Below, piece by piece: positions 49,601 through 61,946 of a stretch of 64,000 nucleotides of DNA. The translations under genes were made by a program, and so were the position numbers. Source of the stretch: Macrostomum lignano (lineage: Eukaryota); the NCBI GenBank assembly GCA_002269645.1, contig NIVC01000976.1, positions 186,001 through 250,000 on the forward strand, written 5' to 3'. The notes below the pieces were generated by a model, which made no database searches, was not told the origin of the DNA, and was given only the letters and a program-made list of their open reading frames with translations. Numbering within the stretch: position 1 is the first letter of the stretch; each line of letters opens with the position of its first letter.

Positions 49601-50417
49601 CGTCCGCCGACTCGCCAGCTGCCACTGAAAGCTGTGCGCATCTCCGATTGCCATGATTCGTACCTTGGAGACTTTTGAAGGCATTTTTCAAGCACCAAAT
49701 AGTTCCGCATTTCCGCTGCAGTCAGAGTAGAAAATTAATGGAAATCCTGTAGGCTACCGAACTGTTTATTGAGACAAATTCGTAGAATTGGCTGCAATTT
49801 TCGTGCCAACAACACTTTCTATCCTCACGGCTTTTTCACAACCCCCAGCCAGCGGCTTCAAGTCTAAAACTTCTGCTTTCCAAAGCAGCAATTAATCTTG
49901 GCGCAGCTTGGCGCAGGAAATTAGGGGAAAACTGTAATTAATATTTATATCCACCTGGATTTGTCCCCTGTGCAGCATGGCCAAGCCCAATTCATTCACT
50001 GCTGCTGTGGGTCTGGTGGGCGGGCTCTGCCTTTAATAATGATCCGCTCGTGCCTCCAGGAGGGCTGCCGGCACCTTGGCGCAAGGCCTGCGGTCACATC
50101 ATCTCGCAACCAGCGCCGGGGTCGTGGCGCTACCGACTCAGACTCATTTATACCGCATGAGCTGCCCGCCCCCGAGGCTTCACATGTCTTCAATGTATTT
50201 CTTGGAAACAGACTTTGAGCACTCCTGATTGCTCCTGATCTCCAACACCAGGCTTTGGTACTCAACTAGCTAATTTAGTGCGACAGCAGAGTCGAACATT
50301 TTCTGATCAATGAATTCATTTGCCGCAAAGTTAGTTCAACAATGAAAATTTGCAAATTTATGCTGAAGAAATGAAGCTTACTACTTGAAGTCATAAATTA
50401 TTAGTTCAGAGTTGCGT

Positions 50418-52741
50418 TCAAAGTTCCTCATTGTTCGACTTCATTGAGTCCTGCTGCTGCTGCTGCTGCTGCTCGTCCGGAGTCGGCGCCGTCCGGGCGC
50501 TCAGGTCGACAATTCCAAAAGCCAGCCGCTCCCGCCGCAGGAGGCCGCTGAGCAGCCGCATCTCCGAATCATCGGCTCGATTTTCACCCAACAGCTCAGC
50601 CCGGAAGTTCCGGTTGTACTCAACCAGGAAACGGAGCGACTCAGCGTAAGTCAGCTCGCCGTCTTTGTCCTCTCTGACGATGCCGCTCTCGTCCAGACGC
50701 GAGATCTCCACGGTTGCCAGGCCGTCGGCGCCCGCGCCGGCCCGCAGCTGCAGCACCAGGAGCCCCGGCACCGGGCTGGAGTAGCCGGGCGGGCCGAACC
50801 AGTCCAGCTGCTCGCCCGCCTTCGCCCGGACCAGCAGGCCGAAGTTGTACACGCTGGACAGCTTCGCCGCCAGGACGCGCTGCAGCAGAGTTGGCGTGCT
50901 GTCGCCTGCAAATGTGTTCGATTTCCTGTGCTGCAGTTTTCTGCTTTTACCTGGTGCCTGCGGCACCAAAATGAGTGCCTGTGGCGCTAAAATGAGTGCC
51001 TGCGGCGTTAAAATGAGTGCCTGTGGCGCTAAAAAGAGTGCCTGCGGCGCCAAAATGAGTGCCTGCGGCGCTAAAAATGGTGCCTGCGGCGCTAAAAATG
51101 GTGCCTGCGGCGCTAAAATGAGTGCCTGCGGCGCTAAAATGGTGCCAGCGGCGCTAAAATGAGTACCTGCGGCGCCAAAATGAGTGCCTGCGGCGCTAAA
51201 ATGGTGCCTGCGGCGCTAAAAATGGTGCCTGCGGCGCTAAAAATGGTGCCTGCGGCGCTAAAATGGTGCCAGCGGCGCTAAAATGGTGTCAGTGGCGCTA
51301 AAATGGTGCCTGTGGCGCTAAAATGGTGCCTGCGGCGCTAAAAATGGTGCCGGTGGCGCTAAAATGAGTGCCTGTGGCGCTAAAATGAGTGCCTGCGGCG
51401 CCAAAATGACAGATGACAACACCGATTCGGAAATAATGGAAATGTAGGAATTTAGTCATGTATATGTTGAATTTTCGATTTTGTCGCCCCACCTTAAATC
51501 CATGGCGACGCCCCTGATACCAGCACACACAAATCAACTTCTCAGTACACCTCGAATGAAACCCATTCTTAGTTATTTGAAATTTGTCAGTCCAATAGCT
51601 GAGATGCCAATTTAGTGCTTAAAACTGCATTTTTCAGCGAAAACCTGTTTTCGCCAGAGGTCCTTGTGCCGAGAAGTTTTTTAGACCAGACTAAAGTTTG
51701 TTCGGGTGACAACAAGCAGCATGCTACTCACGGACTGCAAAAATTGCGGTAAACTTTGTCGGGTCAGAGCTCACAGCCTCCGTGAGCAGCCGCTGAATGT
51801 CCGCCTTCTCCGTCACGCGCACGATGGAGTCGCTCGGCACGGAGTCGCTGGCGTGCCTGACAGCCGCATCGAAGGAGTCGGTGTCCAGGCAGGCCGCCAG
51901 CTTCCGCTCCGCTGGTCCGAACGGCAGGGCGCGAAACTTCAGGCCAGTCGTCGTGTTCAATTTCTGCGTTGGGCGACCGATTGAGCAGTTGACTGTACTT
52001 TAGTTTTAGTTCAGAGTGGCAAAGCAGCTCAAGCCATAAACGCGTCTCTGACTCTCGAACTACGACCGTTGGCAAGAATGTACAGAGTGTACATGTCATG
52101 ATTAGACAGTCAGGGCCGCTGCACACCCTGTGTGAGCCTGTGTATGAGTGCGTGCTTGTGTACACAGTATTGGCGCGCTTCTACGTGGTCAGGAGTCAGC
52201 GGAACGGGATGATAATGTTGCCGAAGGCGCAAGTTGCGTCACTCAAATGTCAGTACTGAGCTGGAACTCACTGCGCACTCTCAAAGGTGGCGACTTTTTA
52301 ATGTTGTTGAGTCTATATGAAGAGTAAAACAAACAACCTAAATCAGGAATGCTATGCTTGCCAAAACTGTATAAAAGAGGCCGACCCAGTCAAGAGCGCA
52401 GCTGATCTCACCAGCAGCTCGACAGTCTCCCGATCGTCGCGGTGCACCAGGCCGAACCGGATCAGGCCGCGCAGCTGCTCGGCCGCCTCGCGGAACGGCT
52501 CGAACAGCCAGCCTTCGTGGAAGAACAGCACCCAGGCGGACTTGTCGTCCTCCAGAACCAGGGCGGTGACATTCTCCGGCCCGATCGGCACGAAAGCCCA
52601 CGGAATTTTCGGCGAGGTGGCGTCGATGAAGACGGTGCTCGAGTCTGGACGACTGTCTTGGGAAGCGACAAACACGGTGGCGGCAGCCAGAAGGCACAGG
52701 GCAGCCGACAGGAGCCACTTGACACGAAATTCAGCTGACAT
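50418..52741 (-). CDS. Putative ER-resident thioredoxin/PDI-fold-like protein; exons 52741-52412, 51963-51732, 50905-50418
   Basis: Signal peptide MSAEFRVKWLLSAALCLLAAATVFVASQ; PENVTALVLEDDKSAWVLFFH..FREAAEQLRGLIRFGLV resembles a thioredoxin-fold segment; in-phase GT-AG introns; C-terminal ..SNNEEL* is KDEL-like. The gene model is more certain than the fold. Confidence 0.65.
50950..51410. repeat. 20-21 bp minisatellite in intron 2 of the PDI-like gene
   Basis: GGCGCTAAAA(A)TG(G/A)GTGCCTGC. Confidence 0.95.
52075..52260 (+). mobile_element. Degenerate SINE-like fragment related to 16800-17095
   Basis: GTGTACATG..AGGGCC..TGTGTGAG..GCGCG..TCAGG..GCGGAA collinear with the SINE body. Confidence 0.45.
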
Positions 52742-53335
52742 CTTGACAAAATAGGCTAAGGCTCTTGCTAATTGATTTTTGCGAGCGTATCAACATGCCA
52801 GCCGTGTAGCATGCTGATATCTCACTGCAGATCGGCTTATCTGACGAATCCACTTATCTTGACATTGCCGTTCAAGCAAGCATATTTTGCAGAAGCATGT
52901 GGCTTCAGTCCCATGCTAAGCCCACAACTCAGTTTTCCACAGAAAATCATCGGACACAGCGAAATTCGAAAAAAACATGGTAGGGCTTAAATCGGCTTCA
53001 TAGGAAACTTTCTGAGCTGCACCTGGAAACAATTTAAGCGCACCATTTTCTATATCGATAGCAGCAAACTAGACGGAAAAGATAAAAATAAACTAGCAAT
53101 ATTCACGTCACACATCGTCAAAGGTACCGTCTGAGAGTCCAACTTAACTTTTATGTGCTCTCGAGCAATCATAGTTTGCACTCCATTGTTCCCAGCAGGC
53201 CAGGACCTCTGTGCACCTTACCAGTATGCACATTTACTTCTCAGAGTATGACAGAAGGGTTAAAAATAAAAGGGCTGTAAAGTCGACACAATAAGAGACT
53301 TTACCTTGCAGGTCAATCCCAAACCTTTTCTGGTC

Positions 53336-53896
53336 ATGTTGAGCACTCTGGCTGACGCGGGCGAGCAATTCTGGCAGGCCGCCTACGATGGCGACCTGTC
53401 GGCAGTAGATAGCCTGATGAGCAGCGGGCGCTACCAGGTAGACGATGCCGACGTTAAGGACGGCGAGTCCGCTCTCCACCGGGCTTCGGAGCGCGGCCAC
53501 GCGGCCGTGGTCCGACGCCTTCTGGAGAGTCAAGCGGACGTGGACGCGCAGAACCGCCTGGGCCTGACTCCACTGCACCTGGCCTGCAGGTACGGCCACG
53601 CAGAGACTGTCCGGCTGCTTCTGTCCGTTGGCGCCGCGGATCCAAATCTGCGCCACAAAGATGGCGCTTCGCCGCTGTACATCGCGGCCCAGTACGGCCA
53701 CGTGGATGTGGCGGCCTGCCTCGCTGATGTCGGGGCCGATTGCGGGCCGCAGCTTCGGGACGGCCGCTCGCCGGTCCACGCCGCTGCGCAGATGGGGCAC
53801 GCAGACACGCTGGCAGCGCTGCTTGTGAACGGGTTCGCGGACATCAATCTCCGAGACTTTCACGGCCAGGCGCCGATTCAGTATGCGGCCATGCAG
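53336..53896 (+). CDS. Ankyrin-repeat protein, first coding exon (about 5 repeats); downstream exons not identified
   Basis: GESALHRASERGH, GLTPLHLACRYGH, GASPLYIAAQYGH, GRSPVHAAAQMGH; strong donor CAG|GTGAGG at 53896/53897. Read-through of the donor would stop at 54022. Confidence 0.85.
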
Positions 53897-54754
53897 GTGA
53901 GGAGAGGCTTGACCAAAAATAGATATTTGCTGGAGGGTCCTAGGCACGCTAGAGCTGCGCCTTGGGCAATATCGTCCCACAACCAGCGGTGTGGCAATTC
54001 GGAACATTCCTCTGACCCCTGAGCACTTACAAGATACTCTCACTCGCACTGTGAATCGCACGACAAGTCCTCGGTCAATTTTCGTGCACGAGCCCCAAAT
54101 CACGGAATCAAACCAAGGGGTCGTGGCGCGAGAGTCAGGTGCGCTTACGGATGAACTGAGTAGTAGTAAGTGGTAGTACATACTGCTCTTCGAACTCAAA
54201 GTCTAAGTAGCTCTTGAATTTGACCGTCCCAAGACTTGACTACGAGCGTATATTTTGACACTAAACGCGACTTTCGTCTTTAATTTTGCTTGTTTACGAG
54301 ATTCGATTACTAGTGGAACTCCTCCTTCGAAGGAGAAAGGGGAAGAACTCCCATCACCGGAATTCCATTCCTTGAAATTTCATGACTTGAATCCTATCTT
54401 CCAAATCATATCCAAATCCTGTGTAAAGCCTTTCAAATACCATACCTTGTTTTCCCTGTTTGCAAAACTGACTGCCATCGTCCAAACTCAGACTCTTCTG
54501 TCTCCTCTCTCCTCTTTGCTATCTCATCTCTTAGTCTCTCATCTCTAATGCCATACAGTATCTTTCATCTCTCATCTCTCATCTCTGCGTCCTGCGCTCT
54601 CATTTTTACCCTCTTCTTTCTCCTCACTACTCTTTATTTCTCTCATCTCTGATCTTTCCTCTCTCTTCTCTCCTTTATTCATTCTCCTCTCGCTTATCAC
54701 TCCTCTCTTTCCTTTCATCTCTACTCCTTTATTTGTCTCTTCTTCGCCAGTCTA

Positions 54755-57700
54755 CTCGATTAGACTGTGCTTAGATCCAAAGAATCTAAATGATGATATT
54801 GTCAGAAATCGATACCCCAGTCCAACTTATGACGAGATGATTAGCGAGATGACAGGAGCAAAATACTTCTCAACATTTGATGCTAAGTCTGGCTTCCATC
54901 AAGTTCAGTTGGATCAAGAAAGTTCACTTCTTACTGCATTTCACACTCCGTTTGGTGTTTACAAATGGAATCGACTAGCTTTTGGTCTAAAGGATGCACC
55001 TGAAGCTTACCAAAGGCGCATCAAAGAAGAAGTGACAAGTCAAGTAGAAAATCTGCTAACTACATCGATGACGTCATAGTATGGGGAAAGACTCGGGAAG
55101 AGCACGACCAAGCAGTTCGAAATCTTTTGGAGCAATGCATGAAAAATAACCTGACTCTGAACAGGCAAAAGACGAGCATTGGCAAAACCGAGCTTCGATT
55201 TCTTGGACACATACCAACTGACAAAGGTGTGAAAGTAGATCCACAAAAAGTAAACAGCATCAAAGAAATGCCGCACCCAAACAGTTTCGAACAGCGTGCT
55301 GAAAAGCAAGCGCAGCTCCAACGGTTTATTGGTAGTGCAAATTACTTGTCAAGATTCATAGCAAACTTTTCTGCACTGACAAGTCCTTTGAGGGAACTCA
55401 TGAAGAAAGAATCCGAATGGGTGTGGACCAACGACCAAGAAAAGGCGTATCAAGGAATCAAGCAGTGCCTCTGCGAAGCACCTGTGCTTGCGCCATTTGA
55501 CCCGAATAAAGACCTAATTTTATCTGTCGACGCCAGCAAAGATGGCTTGGGAGCAGCACTACTGCAGGAAGGACATGTCATTGAGTATGCATCATCAGCT
55601 CTAACATCCGCTCAAAAGAAATATGCCCAGATAGAGAAGGAAATGCTTGCGATAGTTTTTGGCTGTCGAAGGTTCAGACAGTATCTCTGGGGACGTAGAG
55701 TCTCCGTCGAGTCTGACCACAAACCGCTGCAGTATATTATGAAGAAGCCAATGGATGAACTATCGGCTAGAATTCAACGTCTGATACTCAAGATCCAAGA
55801 ATTCGACTTAGACGTGCAATACAAACCGGGAAGATATCTTTATTTGGCTGATACATTAAGCCGTGCTTTCTTGCAATCCGTGTATTCGGCGAATGACATA
55901 GACTCTGAGCTTGAGAATCAAATCTTGGGTATCCAAAAGGTTTGTCTACCGGAAGACCTACTCAAGAAGATCCAGGAACACACATATGCAGATTCAACTT
56001 GCCATGCGATCAAGAATCGCATTCGCGAGGGTTGGCCGGAACTCAGAAACCAATTGCCAGAACAACTAAAGCCTTTCTGGAATGTTCGTCACGATTTAGC
56101 CGAGCACGACAGATTAATTATGAAAACCAGCAAGATACTCGTATTTATACCACTGACCATGCGCCACGAATTCTTGAACATCATTCATGAAGGACATCAA
56201 GGCATTGAAAAAACACTGCTAAAAGCAAGAGGATCGGTATACTGGCCTCAGATGCGTCGGGACATCCAGAACTACATAGCAGCATGCGATGCCTGCCAGA
56301 GCAGCCAATCCCGACCACAGAAAGAAACAATCATTCAAAGTCCGCATCCTGATTATCCATTTCAAGAGTGCGCGACTGACCTGTTCGATTTTAAAGGTCG
56401 AAAATTCATAGTTGTAGTGGACAGGTACAGCCGATGGATCTGTGCAGATCCATTAAGATCAAATACAGCTGAGTTTGTTATCCTGCAATTAAAGAAATAT
56501 TTCTCCACATTCGGAACACCTGAGAAGTTGCGATGCGACAACGGACCGCCATTCTCGTCCAACGCATTCCAATTATACCGGTATACTAAATCAAGCGGGA
56601 TAGCGCTTGTAACATCATCACCAAGATATCCACAGTCCAATGGTAAGGTAAGAATTCCTTAGAAAGAATGAAGACTTTGAAAAAGCAATGCTTCACTACC
56701 GTAATACTCCGATTGAGCGTGGGTTACCGACCCCAGCAGAGCTACTGATGGGAAGGAAATTGAGGTACGAACTACCTGTACCAATAATGGAATTGATACC
56801 AAAACGAACTTGGACGAAGAATGATTTGGAAACACTGAACGCCATGCGAAGGAAGGACGCGATTCGCTACAACAGTACAGCTAGGGATTTGAAGCCACTG
56901 GAGACTGGAGAGCAAGTCTGGTTGTACGAGGATAAGAGACAGTGGATTTCAGCAGAAATTCAATCGCGGGATCATACGGATCCAGAACGATCGTACCAAG
57001 TGCGAACTGCTGATGGTAAATGCTACAGGAGGAACCGACGATTTTTTTAGCACCCAGAGTTGCGAACTCCAGACTGTCTGCAATACCGAAACATCTAGAG
57101 CTACAGCGACCAGTAGATATCCCAGAGAGTCATCTGAAAAATTCAACTGCATCATCCGGAATTCAGCCAACTCATGAGCATCCAACAACAAGTAATCCTG
57201 CTGAAGATGCTAACCGACAAACGACCAATGCTGACACAAATACGCCATATGTGACACGATCGGGTCGTACTGTCAAACAAACGAGATTCTATCCAGCTGT
57301 TTAATGATGAATTTTTTTGTTTATGAACAAACTATGCAATTAACGAACAATGTTCTTTTAAAAAAAGGGGGATGTGGCAGCCAGCCGCTTTAGTTTCTTA
57401 TTCATGCATAAATTATTGTCTATGGACAAACTCAAATACGAGCTATACTTGTAAAGGGTGTGTGGCTGCGCCCACAGTCTCGCCAAGCGCGAATACTCCT
57501 ATACTGTCCGTCAAAAGTTCCGGAACCCTTGCTACGATGTCTTCTAGCGGACATAATTTCAGTCCGTTTCAATTGTAACTTGATTCAAATGAAAGCTGCG
57601 GATCTCAGCTCCATGATGTGGTCAAGAAAAAGTTTATTCGAAGGAGCGCGTGTGAACAGGCCAGTGTTATGTACATAAAGGTTAGAGAAAAAAAGTGAGG

Positions 57701-58130
57701 AAAAGACAAACAAGCAATTGTTTTTTACTCTTTTTTACTCTCCCATGAAAGCTGACTGCACAAGAATCCATAAGAGCCTGTTGATTTCAACACAAGTTTT
57801 GGCCATAGACTAATGTTAGCCAGGCTGAACACAGCGCGCAAACCGATTCCTTCCCATGTGTGTTTGCTCCATAGACTCAGCAACCATAGACAATTGCTTG
57901 TTTGTCTTTTCCTCACTTTTTTCTCTAACCTTTATGTACATAACACTGGCCTGTTCACACGCGCTCCTTCGAATAAACTTTTTCTTGACCACATCATGGA
58001 GCTGAGATCCGCAGCTTTCATTTGAATCAAGTTACAATTGAAACGGACTGAAATTATGTCCGCTTGAAGACATCGTAGCAAGGGTTCCGGAACTTTTGAC
58101 GGACAGTATAATACATGCAAACACGCAACA
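54755..58130 (+). mobile_element. Ty3/Gypsy LTR retrotransposon, 5'-truncated (RT-RNaseH-integrase, PPT, 3' LTR)
   Basis: RLCLDPKNLN..FDAKSGFHQV..TAFHTPFG..YIDD (frameshift near 55050)..DASKDGLGAALLQ..YAQIEKEMLAI..DHKPL..HEGHQG..CDAC..VDRYS..DNGPPF..PQSNG. Polypurine tract AAAAAAAAGGGGGA is followed by TGTGGC at 57373; putative LTR end GCAACA at 58130. Confidence 0.92.
57500..58110. mobile_element. Long-TIR MITE/foldback element (Tc1/mariner-like TA ends)
   Basis: 57500-57721 is a near-perfect reverse complement of 57890-58110 (TATACTGTCCGTCAAAAGTTCCGGAAC...), with a 168-bp spacer. Confidence 0.92.
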
Positions 58131-58399
58131 CTTTTACTTCCTATCTTTTCAATTTCACATTGCGCGTTCAAGGCGACAAGCCCTCTTGCAGGTAAATAAG
58201 TGAGTCTGTTTTTATTTTACAGCTTCTTTCTTACCTAATTTTTCCGCACCCTGAGTTTACTTTAATTGTATGATTTCCTATCTTCCGCACGTCTAGTCAA
58301 TAGACAATGTTTTTGCTATCACTATCAGGAAACCCAGACGGATAGTGTTATTAATCATGTTCAAACACACTGCAAATTGGAGTGACGCAAAAGCAGTCT

Positions 58400-59300
58400 G
58401 CCCCCAGAGACGGAATCGGTACAGCAATGCAGGAACGCAGAATTTCATAAATTTCAACGGACTTAGTGCGGCACAGTCGTTTTTGCAAGTCTGAAAAGTT
58501 TATGAACACAAAGAGAAAGCTTGAGCACTTTAAAGATTTTGAAAATACATGGAACAACTGCTTCCATTCTAGTAGACTGTCAGGACATTGCTCATTTGAC
58601 TCGAAAAAAATCAAATAAGGACCCAGTTAGGGTTAAGCATGCGAACATGAACAGTACGGGGCATCTGAAAGCGCGTAATGGAGCAAATCTCGGGCGTTTT
58701 TAGCATGCAAATATAATTAGACCTATAGGATTTGGAATATGAGGATTCAGATGAATAGAAATTTCCATTAATGTAGGCTAACGAATCCCGCGAAATGCCT
58801 TTTGGACGCGACGACGAAAATGCTTCTATCATGGATCTGTTACTTTGGAAAAGAAGAATGTTAGTTCCTTTTGCCACAAAACTTTTTTACTAGCTGAGGA
58901 CCATAAGAGGTCGTGCCGCATAAAAACTTCTTAAACATGCCGATAGAGCTTTCAAATGGACCGGAAGATTCAGAATCTGCGCCTGAAAGGGCCAGAAGCA
59001 ACTTTGGACGCTTTCAAAAAAATTAGCACCATCAGCAGATAGTAAGAGATGTAAATGAATCGTCTTGTCTTTTTTAGCGCTTAGCTTTAGGTTTCGTTCT
59101 TGTACCACTTTTGAATTTAGGACATCAGTGTTAGTACAGGTTCGCAGTCTTGCTCGTATTACAAGATTAATGGCAAATACTTTTCCAAAACGATTCGCAA
59201 CTATGGAATTATGTCTAACAATGTTATCCGAGCATTGGCCTTTGCATTCATTGCACACAAGAATTTCAGAGGCAACAGCTGTCCTCGAGAGAACAAAAAT
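58400..59300 (-). mobile_element. Degenerate DNA-transposase remnant, EnSpm/CACTA-like
   Basis: LLLSADGANFFESVQSCFWPFQAQILNLP resembles the L.L..DG..F..S.WP....NLP motif of CACTA-type transposases; broken across several frames. Confidence 0.5.
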
Positions 59301-60145
59301 TGTTCACTCTCGACTTGAGAACTCGAATATTGTTGGGAAAATTTAGGGACAGGCCTCGCAGAAGCACGCTAATAAGCTTCAAGATCAAGGGCACGCAGCC
59401 TCTGACACACCAGAGGTAAGCGCCCAATAATAAATAAAAGCAGCTTGAAAGTCAGGATGGTCGATTCTGGCAAAGCCAGCTAGCTGATCAAGGTACTCTG
59501 AGTCTGTCTTGCCAGTCTCGGGGTTACCTATATATCGTTTCACACTCAAAGGAAAGCATTCCGATTACTATTACTGGAAGAATTACTGGACCAAATGGAG
59601 TTTTTATAGAAAAACTAGAGCAACCTATTAGATTGGGTGCTGAGGCAAATTATCATGTTTATCTGAATGATTTTACAGGTTGGTAAAATGTTCACAATGT
59701 GACCCTGGCTAATAACAAGTTTTATTACAAATGAAAAGGTGCGACAGCAGAGGTGATTTCCCTTCCCGTAAGCACAGAGTGTGGATACTTTCTGTGTATT
59801 TTCACTTTCTGTGTATCAGGGCCTATTGTTCGTGTTCACTCAAGCGTGTGACAGCTTTGACAGCTATGCGTTTTACCCCTAAAAGTACGTTGGGATTAGC
59901 GATTAGCGATTTCTCTTCATTATCTTCACTTTCTACTTAATAAGAGCTTTCTAATGTATATTTTTTCATTAATTTTTGTCATTTCTACGCGAAAGGTCAT
60001 AAATCATTATGTAGCGATTTTCAGTGATTTATGACCGCACCTGTCGTATTTTTATGGCCCCGAGGGAACGGATAAGATCTCTTGGTCACGTGAGTTTTGA
60101 TGGCAACAAGCTCAGCCAATCAGAAAATTCGACGTGCGTTATAAC

Positions 60146-61946
60146 TAGGGGTGTTCGGGTCGGCCATTTTTCGGGGTTCGGGGTTTACCCCGAACCCGGT
60201 ACCCCTACCCCGAACCCCGAACCCCGTCCCGAACATTTCTTCCAACCCCGAACCCCGAACCCGGTACCAAAACCCGACCCGACCCCGAACGTAACCCCGA
60301 ACATTTTCACGCTTATTTTGGTCAATCATTTTAATAAATTAATACACTTTTTCCACCGATAAAGGTACAATATTCATTTGTACTTCACTTCAATTGTAAG
60401 CCTTTTGGGCGCGACGTTAGATCATGAATGACTTGGGACAAACACAGGTTTATATTTGTTGTATAAGTGTAAATTATATTGCACAATTCCAATCCTTCAG
60501 CTTCAGGAAATTCAAACTGTGATTGTTAGTTACAATGTTAGTTAATTCGGTCCTTTGTCATTTATTTTCAGTAGATGCTAGATAGTAGACTACATACTGG
60601 GCTCATAGACAAAGTAAATGAATAATAATAGTAATATTACAAGTCTACAAACATAGAAAGTGAAAGGCAAGTGCAGAAAATAGCGCATGAAAAGCTATAT
60701 TTTTCAGGTTGCAAGTTCGCATCAGGCGTAGCAACATACGAAAAAGCATTGTGCACACTGCACAGTAACACATCACTTCCAAGTTCGGACTACCGGCTAC
60801 AGCTACTCATTCAGTAATGGTAAAAGCATAAGATGTAAAAGAGAACAACGAGTACACTCTGTCCAATCCAAAAAAAATTACGTACACCCGTGTTTTGGCA
60901 AATGTACATTAAATGATAATTACTCCAGGCAAACTGAAACGCGTGCGCGACATCAAAGGCCAGCCGCCAATTGGGTAGTATCGATAATTGTTTGGGCATT
61001 AGCAGGCAAATTTCCTTCAGACAGTTGTCCATAAATTTTATGTACACTAGTGGAATGTTGGTCCTGCCTACGCTCAACGTCTGCAAATTCTATCTTGCCT
61101 CATGCCACGAGGGACAAAGCTGTCGGCTGACGGCTGCTGAGCAGCAGTTCATCCTGGGAGCTCGAACTGCAGACGACGACAGCACCCATTCATTATCCAT
61201 ATTTTCACTTTAAGTTATTTAGCATTGTGTCAGCGCATTTAGACAGGGAATGACACTGTATAATAAATTTGTAGGACAAACGGTTGCTTAGAATTCTCAT
61301 TTGGGCAAAAAAACCACATGTACGTAACATGTTTGGACGGAGTGTAGTTTTGCAGTTCGTAGTGAAAGAAAAGTGAGCATTAAAAACAGAATTATTTTTG
61401 TAACAGTAAATCGCAGATCCAGGTGTTCCAGACTTTTCCTAGTGTATAGTGCATATCCTACTGCAAAGAAAATTCGATACTCCAGACAAGCCTTTATCAA
61501 CACAATATCATATAAAGTTTATGTCGACAGTCATCACACACATAGGAGCACAGGCAGCAGACCCCGTACGTCAGCATTTTTGTTACATGGTCGATCAAAA
61601 TTCAAAAAGTATAATTTCAACGGGATTCGTTATCGTTATTTACCAGAAAGTGTAAATAAATCCATGGTTCTATCTGCTATTTCCGTTTCAAATTGTATGT
61701 AAAATATAACTTAAGTTGTACCTGAAACTCAATGCATATCTTTCGCATTGTGGATTTTGCATAAGGAGTAAAAAGTGCTTGAAAATACTCTTGAGAATGA
61801 TAATTGTTCAAAACCCCGAAAACCCCGAAAACCCGGTGGCCAAACCCGACCCGAACCCCGAACCCGGTACCCCTACCCCGAACCCCGAACCCGGTACCAA
61901 AACCCGACCCGAAACCCGACCCGACCCCGAACCCCGAACACCCCTA
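60146..61946. mobile_element. Non-autonomous hAT DNA transposon, 1801 bp
   Basis: TIR TAGGGGTGTTCGGG ... CCCGAACACCCCTA; 8-bp TSD GTTATAAC at 60138-60145 and 61947-61954; subterminal CCCGAA/CCCGAC repeats at both ends; no transposase ORF. Confidence 0.92.

Noticed and set aside
54020-54262. Possible solo LTR on the minus strand (TGTCAAAA...GCTCA)
   Set aside because: No second copy, TSD, PBS or PPT could be identified.
60811-61213. PIF1-helicase-like or hAT dimerisation-like peptides inside the hAT element
   Set aside because: Similarity is limited to a few residues and is not distinguishable from chance without a search.
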